A stretch of DNA of 64,000 nt from a bacterium (GTDB taxonomy: Bacteria; Patescibacteriota; Minisyncoccia; JAHIHE01), in contig JAUYBG010000011.1 of the NCBI GenBank assembly GCA_030693205.1, forward strand, positions 56,793-120,792. Reading direction: 5' to 3'. The translations under genes were made by a program, and so were the position numbers. Numbering within the stretch: position 1 is the stretch's first letter; the number at the start of each line of letters is the position of its first letter. Under the pieces are notes generated by a model that was not told the origin of the DNA, did no database searches, and worked only from the letters and a program-made list of their open reading frames with translations. This document shows, one piece after another, positions 44,124-52,968 of this stretch.

Positions 44124-47087
44124 TTATTTAACAATCACGCTCTTTCTTCCGCTTACCGCTTCGTTGCCCCGCTTATCAACCGCCTTTGCCCAAACCTCAT
44201 AAGACGTTTTTTCCAGCATATCGATCGGCCAAACTATTTGATACAAAGCTCCGTCCACGATCGGCATAACGTTAATTATTTGAATTACGCCTGTTCCCGT
44301 CCTTTGATAATAAAAATCCACGCCTCCCACGCCGCTTCCGCTATCAGTGGCTGTGGCGCTTACAAAACAATCATATCTTCCGCAAATCGGTTCTTTTACG
44401 GAAATTTCCGGATTGAGAAAATCGAGATCAAAGATCACGTTTACAGTGTCGGAGGTTTCAATATTTGACCTGTCGAAAACTTTTACGGAAATTTTATGAT
44501 TGCCGTTTTGGCTGTTTTTATTCAGAGGCAAGCTTACCTCCCAAGGCGCGCTGGACCTGGTCCCGATCAAACTATCGTCAAAAAAGAAATTGGCCTGATT
44601 TATTCCGCTCGTGGAATAAATACTTGCCGCGATTTTTAAACTGGAACCGGAAGAAGCGCTATCCGTCATCGGTCTAATCGTTTCGCCGTTAAAAGGCGCG
44701 ATAATGGAAACTTTCGCTTTTTCAAAATTAGGAACTTCGCAATATTCCGTGGGAGGGGTTTCATTTTTATAACCATTGGTGGCAGCCCATTCCATAACCG
44801 AATTTTCCCAATTATTATACTGCGGGTCTATCTGGGGATTAGCCGGGATCGGGCCAAGAGGATCTTCCTTGTCGACATAAAACAAAATATTATGCGCCAG
44901 CTTATAACTTCTCGGCTCCACTCTTTCAATGGCAACGTCCGGCTTGGCTAATTTATCGCCGCAAGCTCTGTCAATAAGCACGGTTATTCCGCCGTCAAAT
45001 TGCCCATCCAGCATGCTTTTTCCGGTTATCGGAATTTCAGGCTTAACGAATTCTTCCACCGGCGTATCTTTTAGCGCGCGATCCATAAAATTACGCCAGA
45101 TCGGAGCCGCCGCCGAAACGCCGCCGGCGCGATTCATCTCAGAATTATCATTATTCCCCGCCCAAACTCCGGCCACCAAGCTCGGCGTATAACCGACTGT
45201 CCAAGCAGCGCGATAATCGTTGGCTGTTCCGGTTTTAGCCGCCACGGGACGATTGGGAAAAAATAGCGGGCTGGCCGCGCCAAACATCGGAGTTCGCGCT
45301 TCATTGTCAGAGAGCACATCAGTAATTTCTCTGGCAATATTTTTATCCAAAACTTCTTTGCCGGGATTGTCAGCGGTATTATCTTCCAAAACAGTGCCAT
45401 CGCTTGAAACAACTTTTAAAACCATCTTGAGGTCTTTTTTTATTCCTTCATTGGCAAAAACTCCATAGGCGGCAGTTTCTTCCAAAAGTTTAACTCCGCC
45501 TCCGCCCAAAACCAAAGAAAGATTTGAGTCTCTTTTTTTGTCTATGGAAATTATTCCGAAATCATTGGCGGTCTCGATGCTTTTATCCATACCCGCCAGA
45601 TAAAACGCTTTCACTGCCGGAATATTAAGAGACTGGGCCAAAGCGTTTCTTACTGAAATCGGGCCCCTAAATTTCAAATCGTAATTATCGGGATGATAAC
45701 AATCTTTCTCTTTTATTCCCGAAATAATAGGAGCATGAAGCGGATCGCAAGCAATATTGAATTCGGTTTCCAAATCAAATAAAATCGTGTTGGACGTGTA
45801 TCCTTTTTTAAATAAAGCGGCGTAAACGAAAGGCTTCAGTGAAGACCCCGGAGAAAGCATAGAGACAGCGGCGTTTGTGTTCGGATCAAATACGCAATTT
45901 TTTCCCGGCGTACACCCTTCCGGCAAAGACGCCGGCGCAAAATAATCTTTTGACCCCACCAACGCCAATAAATATCCGGTTTTGGGATCAACGGCAACCA
46001 AGGCGGCGTTGCCAACTTTGTATTTCTTGCTATTTTTTTCAACCCCGCTAAGCACTGCATCTTCCGCAATTTTTTGCTTTTCCATATCAAGCGAAGTGGT
46101 TATATTTAAGCCTCCTTTTTCCAGAACATTGTCGCCATACTTATCGGCCAAATATTCTCGGACCATCATTACAAAATGCGGCGCGATGATTTTATCGTTG
46201 AAAGGCCGCACTTTTTCCAAAGCATTCTCTTCAATCCCCGCTTTTGCTTCTTCGCCACTAATAAACCCCTGCTCTTTCATGTCTTTTATGACTTTTTCGG
46301 CGCGAGTTTTCAATTCCTCACGGCGAGTTCCGTATGGAGAATAATAGGTTGTCGCTTTAGGCAATACGGCTAATATTGAAGCCTCGCCTACAGTCATATC
46401 CTTGGCGGATTTTCCAAAAAAAGTTTGGCTGGCTGCTTCAGCCCCATAAGCATTTGAGCCATATGGGATTTGATTCAAATACATTTCAAATATCTGGTCT
46501 TTGGAAAATTTTCTTTCCAACTGAAACGCCAGGATCCATTCTTTGATCTTGCGGGTATATGTTCTCTCTTTACTGAGAATGGAGTTTTTAATCAGCTGCT
46601 GGGTGATAGTCGAACCCCCTTGCTGCATATCGCGCGCCGCAATACCCCGCCAAAGTGCTCGGGTAATGCCTTTTAAATCAACTCCTTCGTGCGAATAAAA
46701 ATTCTTGTCTTCCGTCGCGATTGTCGCGTTTTTCAGATAAGGAGAAATTTGACCAATCTTGACAACGGTCCGTTTTTCCTCGCCATGCATTTCATAAAGC
46801 AAAATCTTGCCGGTAGCGTCGTATATCTTGCTCGACTCCGTCACTTCTCGGTTCCTTAAACTGGACGGATCAGGAAGATCTTTGGAAAAATAAAGAAAAG
46901 CTCCGGCGCCGCCGATTAGCGATAAAAAAAATAAAACTATCGCCGAAATCAGCAAAGTTTTTACAATGCCTCTTTTTTTTCTGAGGCCGAAACCGCGAGA
47001 AGGCCTTTTAAGCGGATTAATATTCAAAAAGAACCCGCTGTTCGTTGATGATGAGCCTCTGCTGGGATATCTTTTTCGTATTGCCAT
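44124..47087 (-). CDS. penicillin-binding protein 1A (bifunctional glycosyltransferase/transpeptidase) with C-terminal Ig-like extension
   Basis: TM anchor. GT51 motifs (EDKNFYSHEGVD, GGSTITQQL). Transpeptidase SxxK/SxN/KTG region (..AKTGTANDYRAAW). Start set at the internal MAIRKRYPS. Confidence 0.9.
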   Translation of the reverse strand: MAIRKRYPSRGSSSTNSGFFLNINPLKRPSRGFGLRKKRGIVKTLLISAIVLFFLSLIGGAGAFLYFSKDLPDPSSLRNREVTESSKIYDATGKILLYEMHGEEKRTVVKIGQISPYLKNATIATEDKNFYSHEGVDLKGITRALWRGIAARDMQQGGSTITQQLIKNSILSKERTYTRKIKEWILAFQLERKFSKDQIFEMYLNQIPYGSNAYGAEAASQTFFGKSAKDMTVGEASILAVLPKATTYYSPYGTRREELKTRAEKVIKDMKEQGFISGEEAKAGIEENALEKVRPFNDKIIAPHFVMMVREYLADKYGDNVLEKGGLNITTSLDMEKQKIAEDAVLSGVEKNSKKYKVGNAALVAVDPKTGYLLALVGSKDYFAPASLPEGCTPGKNCVFDPNTNAAVSMLSPGSSLKPFVYAALFKKGYTSNTILFDLETEFNIACDPLHAPIISGIKEKDCYHPDNYDLKFRGPISVRNALAQSLNIPAVKAFYLAGMDKSIETANDFGIISIDKKRDSNLSLVLGGGGVKLLEETAAYGVFANEGIKKDLKMVLKVVSSDGTVLEDNTADNPGKEVLDKNIAREITDVLSDNEARTPMFGAASPLFFPNRPVAAKTGTANDYRAAWTVGYTPSLVAGVWAGNNDNSEMNRAGGVSAAAPIWRNFMDRALKDTPVEEFVKPEIPITGKSMLDGQFDGGITVLIDRACGDKLAKPDVAIERVEPRSYKLAHNILFYVDKEDPLGPIPANPQIDPQYNNWENSVMEWAATNGYKNETPPTEYCEVPNFEKAKVSIIAPFNGETIRPMTDSASSGSSLKIAASIYSTSGINQANFFFDDSLIGTRSSAPWEVSLPLNKNSQNGNHKISVKVFDRSNIETSDTVNVIFDLDFLNPEISVKEPICGRYDCFVSATATDSGSGVGGVDFYYQRTGTGVIQIINVMPIVDGALYQIVWPIDMLEKTSYEVWAKAVDKRGNEAVSGRKSVIVK

Positions 47088-47293
47088 AAAAACATAATTG
47101 ATACATAAACAATAATAATAATACAACAAAAACGAAGCTTTGACAACAAGTTAAGCCATCCGCTCTGTCAGCTTGCTTTGAATCAATAATTATGATAAAT
47201 TGGAGTCATATTAACTCCGCCAGTGGGCGGATCAGCATATGAACATAATGCTAAAAATAATCTCGGGTTTTGTTAAAATATTAAAATAAATTT

Positions 47294-48496
47294 ATGCCAA
47301 AAATTATCATTGACGACAACAAGATCAAAGAGCTTTTAACTCGCGGGGTGGAAGAAATTTTTATCCGTGAAAGCCTGGAAAAAAAACTGAGAAACGGAAA
47401 AGAACTCAGGATCAAGCACGGCATTGACCCAACCGGAGAAAAAATACATCTTGGCAGAGCTTCCCTTCTCTGGAAACTCCGACAATTCCAGGAATTGGGA
47501 CATAAGATCGTGCTGATAATCGGAGACTTTACCGCTCAAATCGGCGATCCTTCGGACAAGCTGGCAAAGCGCCCGTTCTTAAGCGAAGAACAAATAAAAA
47601 AGAATATGGCCAATTACAAAACACAAGTCGGCAAGATTTTAGATATGGAAAAAGTAGAATTGCGCTATAATAGCGAATGGCTGGCAAAACTGACCTTCCA
47701 GGAGATCGGACAGCTGGCGGAAATTTTTACCATCCGGCAAATGATGGCCCGCCGGAATTTCAAAGAGAGAGATGAGAAAGGCGAAGAAGTAAGCTTAAGA
47801 GAGTTTTTATACCCATTAATGCAAGGATATGATTCCGTCGCGATCAAGGCGGATGTCGAGATCGGCGGTTTTGATCAATTGTTCAATTTGAAAGCCGGGC
47901 GCGAAATACAAAAATTTTACGGCCAAAACCAGCAAGATATTATGACAACCCAAATGCTGGAAGGAACTGATAACCGCAAAATGAGCACCAGCTGGGAAAA
48001 CGTCATAAATATTTCCGATAATCCGAATGAACAATTTGGAAAAATTATGTCGATGAAGGACGAGCTGATCCTGAAATATTTTCTTCTTTGCACGCAAATT
48101 TCACGAAAAGAAATATTATTGATAGAAAAAGGGATCGTGAGCGAAAAACTTAATCCTCGCGACACCAAAGTCCGCCTGGCCAAAGAAATCGTCACAATGT
48201 ATCATGGAGCCGCCGAAGCGGCCAAAGCGGAAAAAGAATTCAATAAGATCTTCCGCGACAAAGGAGTGCCAAGCGAAATGCCGGAAATCAAGATCAGCGA
48301 AAAATCCCTGGCAATTCTGGATCTGCTGGTAAAAATAAAACTCGCTTCTTCAAAAAGCGAGGCCAAAAGATTGGTGGAAGGCAAAGCCGTGGAAATCGAT
48401 AGCAAAATTATTTCTGACTGGAAAACGGCAATTGAAATTAAAAGCGGAATGGTGATCAAAGCTGGAAAAAGAAAATTCGCGAAAATAATTTTATAA
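47294..48496 (+). CDS. tyrS: tyrosine--tRNA ligase
   Basis: GIDPTGEKIHLGRASLLWKLRQFQELGHKIVLIIGDFTAQIGDPSDK aligns to the TyrRS HIGH region; KMSTS; C-terminal S4-like domain. Confidence 0.9.
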   Translation: MPKIIIDDNKIKELLTRGVEEIFIRESLEKKLRNGKELRIKHGIDPTGEKIHLGRASLLWKLRQFQELGHKIVLIIGDFTAQIGDPSDKLAKRPFLSEEQIKKNMANYKTQVGKILDMEKVELRYNSEWLAKLTFQEIGQLAEIFTIRQMMARRNFKERDEKGEEVSLREFLYPLMQGYDSVAIKADVEIGGFDQLFNLKAGREIQKFYGQNQQDIMTTQMLEGTDNRKMSTSWENVINISDNPNEQFGKIMSMKDELILKYFLLCTQISRKEILLIEKGIVSEKLNPRDTKVRLAKEIVTMYHGAAEAAKAEKEFNKIFRDKGVPSEMPEIKISEKSLAILDLLVKIKLASSKSEAKRLVEGKAVEIDSKIISDWKTAIEIKSGMVIKAGKRKFAKIIL

Positions 48497-48519
48497 TAAA
48501 CAAATTTTTATCATCATTT

Positions 48520-48550
48520 ATAAAACAGGGCTATTTGCCCTGTTTTAATT
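48520..48550. terminator. bidirectional terminator AAAACAGGGC-tattt-GCCCTGTTTT between convergent tyrS and the three-Cys/TcmP/lexA-like operon
   Basis: Perfect 10-bp palindrome with an A-run and a T-run. Confidence 0.8.
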
Positions 48551-48580
48551 TATATCCTACATAATACCTTTTAATATCAT

Positions 48581-49420
48581 TTAAACCGCATTATACCGTA
48601 ATAATAACTTTCTAAATTCACTAGTATTTTCTTTTTGTTTTAAGATGGAATTATCATCTATTGTACCCTGTTTAATATGGCATTTTATATTATTTTTTTC
48701 ACAAAATTTTATAACCTTATAGGCGGAATCATTATAAAAAGTTTTGTAATCTTTAAAATAGCCAACCATGCCATTATAATTCCATTTGCCAAAAACTATT
48801 TTATCAACAAATTTTATCTCTCTTAAAATTTCTTCTATATCTTGCTTGATAAAATTCGGCGTAGGATATGGCTCCATACTTACCCAAGTTTTTAATCCGC
48901 TGTCATGCAAAAATTTTAATGCCTTAATTCTCTCTTTAATTGGCGCGGCAAAAGGCTCATGCTTTTTTTTAAAATCTTCCAATAAAGATACTATTGTTGA
49001 ACCATATTCATTATCAGCTCCATAAATTTCTTTTTTTACCAATTGTTTCGGATAAATGCCTTTGCTTATGCAAACCGATTTTATATTATCTTTATTTAGT
49101 CTCTCAGTAACTTTTAAACTTAAATCACAAATTTCTTTTTGCTTATACATAAAAGGGTCCGTTGCAAAACATAAAAAAACATATTTTATGTCTTTTTTGT
49201 ATTTGGGAATTTCTTTGTCCAACAATTCCAAAGCATTACTAACAATTTTAGGCTTTAACCATTCTTTATAGCTGTTAATAATTCCACAGCGCTTTTTCAT
49301 CATCATCGCATAGCAAGGATATGTGCATCCATGAGAACATCCTTCGACATGATTTAAGCCATAGTCAGCATATTCCACACCGCTTTTGTATAAAAGTGTT
49401 TTGCGAGTGATTTTTTGCAT
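48581..49420 (-). CDS. Cx3Cx3C 'three-Cys-motif' protein (radical-SAM-like but non-canonical Fe-S motif), partner of TcmP-like gene
   Basis: The N-terminal EGCSHGCTYPC cluster (C-x3-C-x3-C) differs from radical-SAM Cx3Cx2C. Last gene of the lexA-like operon, with a 14-nt gap to the upstream gene. Very AT-rich codon usage. Confidence 0.7.
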   Translation of the reverse strand: MQKITRKTLLYKSGVEYADYGLNHVEGCSHGCTYPCYAMMMKKRCGIINSYKEWLKPKIVSNALELLDKEIPKYKKDIKYVFLCFATDPFMYKQKEICDLSLKVTERLNKDNIKSVCISKGIYPKQLVKKEIYGADNEYGSTIVSLLEDFKKKHEPFAAPIKERIKALKFLHDSGLKTWVSMEPYPTPNFIKQDIEEILREIKFVDKIVFGKWNYNGMVGYFKDYKTFYNDSAYKVIKFCEKNNIKCHIKQGTIDDNSILKQKENTSEFRKLLLRYNAV

Positions 49421-49434
49421 AAGATTATGCGTTA

Positions 49435-50583
49435 TTAAAAAATAATGATATCGCTATTGTCAATACCACCCTTTCGTGTTCTTCCATTACCATCTATTTT
49501 AATTATACCACTTTTTTCAAGTTCTTGTAATATCTTTTTAATCCCACTTTCCAAAAAATCACATTCATCAATAATTAAATTTAATAAACTGCCATAAGAA
49601 ATCTTTTTACGTTTAAGCTTACTTAATAAATTATCAATAAAAATTTCTCTTTTTTGATTTTTTTCCAAAGGTTTAAATAATGATTCTTGTTTAAAACCAT
49701 TTCCTTTATATTCTAAATCTCCAATATTAAACTTAGCAAAACTATCCTTAAACCTAATACAGCCTAATTGATGATTGCAAAGATGAAAAAGATAATAATA
49801 TGGCATATCTTTATCTGGAAAACTTAACCTGAACGGATATACAAATTTAGCCTTCCCATACTCCTTGCACTGCTTCCTAAACAAACTAACTAAATATCTT
49901 TCTTTTTCATCTGTCCTTTTACCTATATATTTTTTCCACTCTTTACAGCCAAATAAATTATCGTAATGAATTTGCAATTTAGGATTAGGATGACTAACCC
50001 ATCTTTGAATTGCATTATACATAAAATTTATAATTATTTCCGATTTAGGTTGTTTCAAAATTCTTGCAATTGTTTCCATTTTTACTTGAGAAAAACCAAA
50101 AGGATCAATCAAAAAAAATGTTGGAGCCAGTGATTTCACTTCTTTCTCAAAAGAATCTAAAATTCTATTGATTTCTTGATCAAAATTCCCTTCTATAAAT
50201 TGAATATTTTCAGTATTTACTTTGTTGTACCCTAGAACTTCCTTTAAGTTTTGTATATTTCCCTTATCTTCATCTATAATAACAATGCTGGCTTTACCGA
50301 TTTTACTATTTTCTATCAACTTCTTAATTTGCAAAGCAGCCACAACGGGAGAACCAAAATTATTAGATAAATATTTATTAGCTTCAATATCTTTTTTAGT
50401 GTGATATGCTCCTATTCCCCCAAAACCATCAATGTAATTTAGTCCCTTATTCCATTTACCCAATATTTGCAACCATTGAGGAAAATAATAACTAAGAACC
50501 CTATGCTTCATTTTTGTTTGTTCTTCGTACTCCCATGTTTTAAATGGAACATTATTCCATGATTTAGATTCTTGTTTCGACAT
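49435..50583 (-). CDS. TcmP-like (three-Cys-motif partner) protein with Rossmann methyltransferase-like N-domain
   Basis: Motifs YIDGFGGIGAY (motif-I-like), GSPVVAAL, acidic IIDED and FFLIDPFG (DPPY-like motif IV degenerated to DPFG). ATG at ~50583 lies 5 nt after the lexA-like stop (ORF-track TTG at 50601 would overlap). Confidence 0.7.
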   Translation of the reverse strand: MSKQESKSWNNVPFKTWEYEEQTKMKHRVLSYYFPQWLQILGKWNKGLNYIDGFGGIGAYHTKKDIEANKYLSNNFGSPVVAALQIKKLIENSKIGKASIVIIDEDKGNIQNLKEVLGYNKVNTENIQFIEGNFDQEINRILDSFEKEVKSLAPTFFLIDPFGFSQVKMETIARILKQPKSEIIINFMYNAIQRWVSHPNPKLQIHYDNLFGCKEWKKYIGKRTDEKERYLVSLFRKQCKEYGKAKFVYPFRLSFPDKDMPYYYLFHLCNHQLGCIRFKDSFAKFNIGDLEYKGNGFKQESLFKPLEKNQKREIFIDNLLSKLKRKKISYGSLLNLIIDECDFLESGIKKILQELEKSGIIKIDGNGRTRKGGIDNSDIIIF

Positions 50584-50588
50584 AAATA

Positions 50589-51230
50589 TTATTTTGACCA
50601 ACTTACTATTGGCTTCTTAATAACATATTTTACAACACCATTTATTAAAAACCTATCCTTCTCGTGAATAAATATAATCGGATGATTTTCCGTTGATTCC
50701 GAAAATAATGATATTGTTTTATTTTTTGAATCCATTGAAAACCTTTTTATATTTGCACAGTCATCGATTATAGACAAAACATAGTCTCCATTTTGAGGTT
50801 GTCCGCCATAATCCACAATAACATAATCACCATCTTCAATATTTTGTCCTTTTACATTGGCTTTATTCATCGAATTACCAGAAGCTTTAACGGCTAACAT
50901 TTTATCGCCAACTTTTATTATATTTTTTGATACTCTTATGTACCCCGAAATTTTTTCAACAGCAAAAATTGTTGCTTCTCCGCAATTTGCTTCTCCTAAA
51001 ACAGGAATGGTAATAAATAATCCTTTTTGAACTTCGCCTTCTTTCATCCTTTTTATACCCCCGGTCTTTTTATCAATTACTATAAACCCATTTTCTTCTA
51101 ACTTTTTTAAATGATAAGAAATTTTAAAAGGATGAGGCTCGCCCACCAACCTACCAATTTGTCTTAAACCGTCTCGTTTTAAGTTTATTTTATCCGCAAG
51201 ATTAAATAATTTTTGTTGTACATAATGCAT
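50589..51230 (-). CDS. LexA-like S24-family repressor (N-terminal wHTH, C-terminal autopeptidase domain)
   Basis: GNSM serine nucleophile, downstream KR lysine and a possible CG cleavage site. Promoter TTGACA-N17-TATACT whose -35 lies inside the palindrome TGTCAA-N13-TTGACA. Confidence 0.8.
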   Translation of the reverse strand: MHYVQQKLFNLADKINLKRDGLRQIGRLVGEPHPFKISYHLKKLEENGFIVIDKKTGGIKRMKEGEVQKGLFITIPVLGEANCGEATIFAVEKISGYIRVSKNIIKVGDKMLAVKASGNSMNKANVKGQNIEDGDYVIVDYGGQPQNGDYVLSIIDDCANIKRFSMDSKNKTISLFSESTENHPIIFIHEKDRFLINGVVKYVIKKPIVSWSK

Positions 51231-51257
51231 ATATATCGTTTATTTTATTCTACTTTT

Positions 51258-51310
51258 AGTATATTATTTCTCTTGCTACTTGTCAAGTGCGTAAACTCAT
51301 TGACATCTGT
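51258..51310 (-). promoter_or_regulatory. lexA-like operon promoter (TTGACA-N17-TATACT, minus strand) with -35 embedded in the palindrome TGTCAA-N13-TTGACA; a further inverted repeat CTAGTT-N7-AACTAG upstream at ~51349-51367
   Basis: Candidate autoregulatory operator. The motif is not a classical CTGT-N8-ACAG or CGAAC-N4-GTTCG SOS box. Confidence 0.55.
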
Positions 51311-51421
51311 TTATATATCTGCTAAAATGCGCTGTAGAAAGTGCACTCTTACTAGTTCCTTAGAAACTAGCCAATTAACCTAATCTGAATCTAAGGTGAA
51401 GATTAATAACCTATAATTGCT

Positions 51422-51643
51422 ATGTCAAAACAGGTCTTCATTAGCCCTTCTGACGAGGGCTGGAAAGTTAAAACTGTTGGGGCTGAAAGAGCAGCCGGAA
51501 TTTTTGAAACAAAAGCAGAAGCGGTTGAAAAAGGAATTGAAGTAGCCAAAAATAGCCAAGCGGAACTTCTAGCTCAAAACCTAGATGGAACTATTGGCTG
51601 GCGCAACTCCTACGGCAATGATCCTCGTCGCTCCCGGGGATAA
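51422..51643 (+). CDS. DUF2188-family small protein
   Basis: FISPSDEGWKVKTVGAERAAGIFETKAEAVEKG...GWRNSYGNDP matches the DUF2188 pattern. A terminator follows. Confidence 0.7.
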   Translation: MSKQVFISPSDEGWKVKTVGAERAAGIFETKAEAVEKGIEVAKNSQAELLAQNLDGTIGWRNSYGNDPRRSRG

Positions 51644-51657
51644 ATTGCAAAATAATA

Positions 51658-51695
51658 AAAGGATAAGATCGCGACTTGTCCTTTTTAATTTTTAT
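51658..51695. terminator. bidirectional terminator AGGATAAG-atcgcga-CTTGTCCT with flanking A/T runs between the DUF2188 and Smr genes
   Basis: 8-bp stem with one G-T pair, TTTTTAATTTTT downstream. Confidence 0.6.
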
Positions 51696-51780
51696 TATTT
51701 TCAACAATTTTAATCTCCTCCTCCATCAATCCATACAGTTCATAAACCTTTTGGTCAATAATTTTATCGGTCAAATTGCT

Positions 51781-52065
51781 TTAATCCAATTCAACATCGA
51801 TCGCGCCATCTCCTCCTTCGGATATTTTAGCGTTAGAATATTTTAAGCCCTTACTTTCAAGGGCTTTTTTAATATATTCGCTCAATACCCCTCGTCCGCT
51901 TTCCGAATGCAAGCCTTTGCCTGTGATTATTCTTACTTTTTTATATTTCTTGTTTTCAGCATCTTTTAAAAAATTGCCCAGAGCAATATTGGCTTCATTT
52001 TTGGTAAACCCGTGCAAGTCAATTTCCGCCTGTATTTTTTCTAAATATTTATTTTGATGCTTCAT
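51781..52065 (-). CDS. Smr-domain protein
   Basis: EIDLHGFT...VRIITGKGLHS is the Smr signature (DLHG ... ITGKG). Confidence 0.8.
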   Translation of the reverse strand: MKHQNKYLEKIQAEIDLHGFTKNEANIALGNFLKDAENKKYKKVRIITGKGLHSESGRGVLSEYIKKALESKGLKYSNAKISEGGDGAIDVELD

Positions 52066-52083
52066 TTGTTTAAATCTATTCTT

Positions 52084-52968
52084 TCATGTTGCTTCACTCG
52101 CCATCCATGCCGCGCCGAGAGCAATGGCATTTTGTCCAAGTTTTGAAACCACGATCGGAGTTTTAGCCAAAACCGGCAAAAAAACCTTCTTTTTTGCGTA
52201 TTCTTTGGCTTTGTTGATAATCAAATCCACTTCCGATAATCCTCCGCCAAGAACGATTATTTCCGGATTTAAACTTTGAATTATATTTGCCAAAAGTATG
52301 CCTAAAGTTTTCGAAACAGCATCAGTTGCCATTAAAGCGCTAAAATCTTTTTTTTGGGCCAAATCAACGATCTGAAAACTGTTTAAAATTTCTCCGGTAA
52401 TTTTTTTATAAACATTAACCAACCCTGTCCCCGAACTTATTAACTCGAAGTCTTCTTCCTTGCCAATCTCGCCTATTCGCATATGCCCAAATTCTCCGGC
52501 AAAATTGGCAGCCCCCCGATAGATCTTGCCATTGATTATTATCCCGCCTCCTATACCAGTGCCAAGGGTCAAAAATACCGCATTTTTCTTTCCCTGCGCC
52601 TTGCCAAAAGCACTTTCGGCAAAAAGAAAACATTTGACATCATTGTCAACGGCGACTTTAGTTTTTACTTTTTTTTCAAGATCTTTCTTAAATTCAATTT
52701 CGCCCGTTCTCAGCCGCGGCCCTTTTATCGCTATGCCTTTTTTATAATCCACCGGTCCGCAAAATCCGATTCCAATGCCGCCGATTTTATATTTTTCCGC
52801 TAAGTTCATAAAATTTTTCTCAACCATTTCCAAAATTTCCGCTTCTACCTTCGGGGTCGCAACCTTAATAGCTTCTAAAATCTTATACTTCGCTCCTTTA
52901 ATTTGCACCGTTAAAAAAATTGTCTTAGTCGCGCCGACATCAACGCCGAGATAAATATTTTTACTCAT
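52084..52968 (-). CDS. ROK-family sugar kinase (glucokinase-like)
   Basis: N-terminal GVDVGATKT, the central LGTGIGGGIIINGKIYRG and GEFGHM. Start overlaps the stop of the next gene by 4 nt. Confidence 0.85.
   Translation of the reverse strand: MSKNIYLGVDVGATKTIFLTVQIKGAKYKILEAIKVATPKVEAEILEMVEKNFMNLAEKYKIGGIGIGFCGPVDYKKGIAIKGPRLRTGEIEFKKDLEKKVKTKVAVDNDVKCFLFAESAFGKAQGKKNAVFLTLGTGIGGGIIINGKIYRGAANFAGEFGHMRIGEIGKEEDFELISSGTGLVNVYKKITGEILNSFQIVDLAQKKDFSALMATDAVSKTLGILLANIIQSLNPEIIVLGGGLSEVDLIINKAKEYAKKKVFLPVLAKTPIVVSKLGQNAIALGAAWMASEAT

Noticed and set aside
47130-47293. T-box riboswitch leader upstream of tyrS
   Set aside because: The intergenic region is only ~165-200 nt. I could not find the conserved T-box sequence (AATTAGGGTGGNACCGCG-like) or a specifier-loop/antiterminator arrangement.
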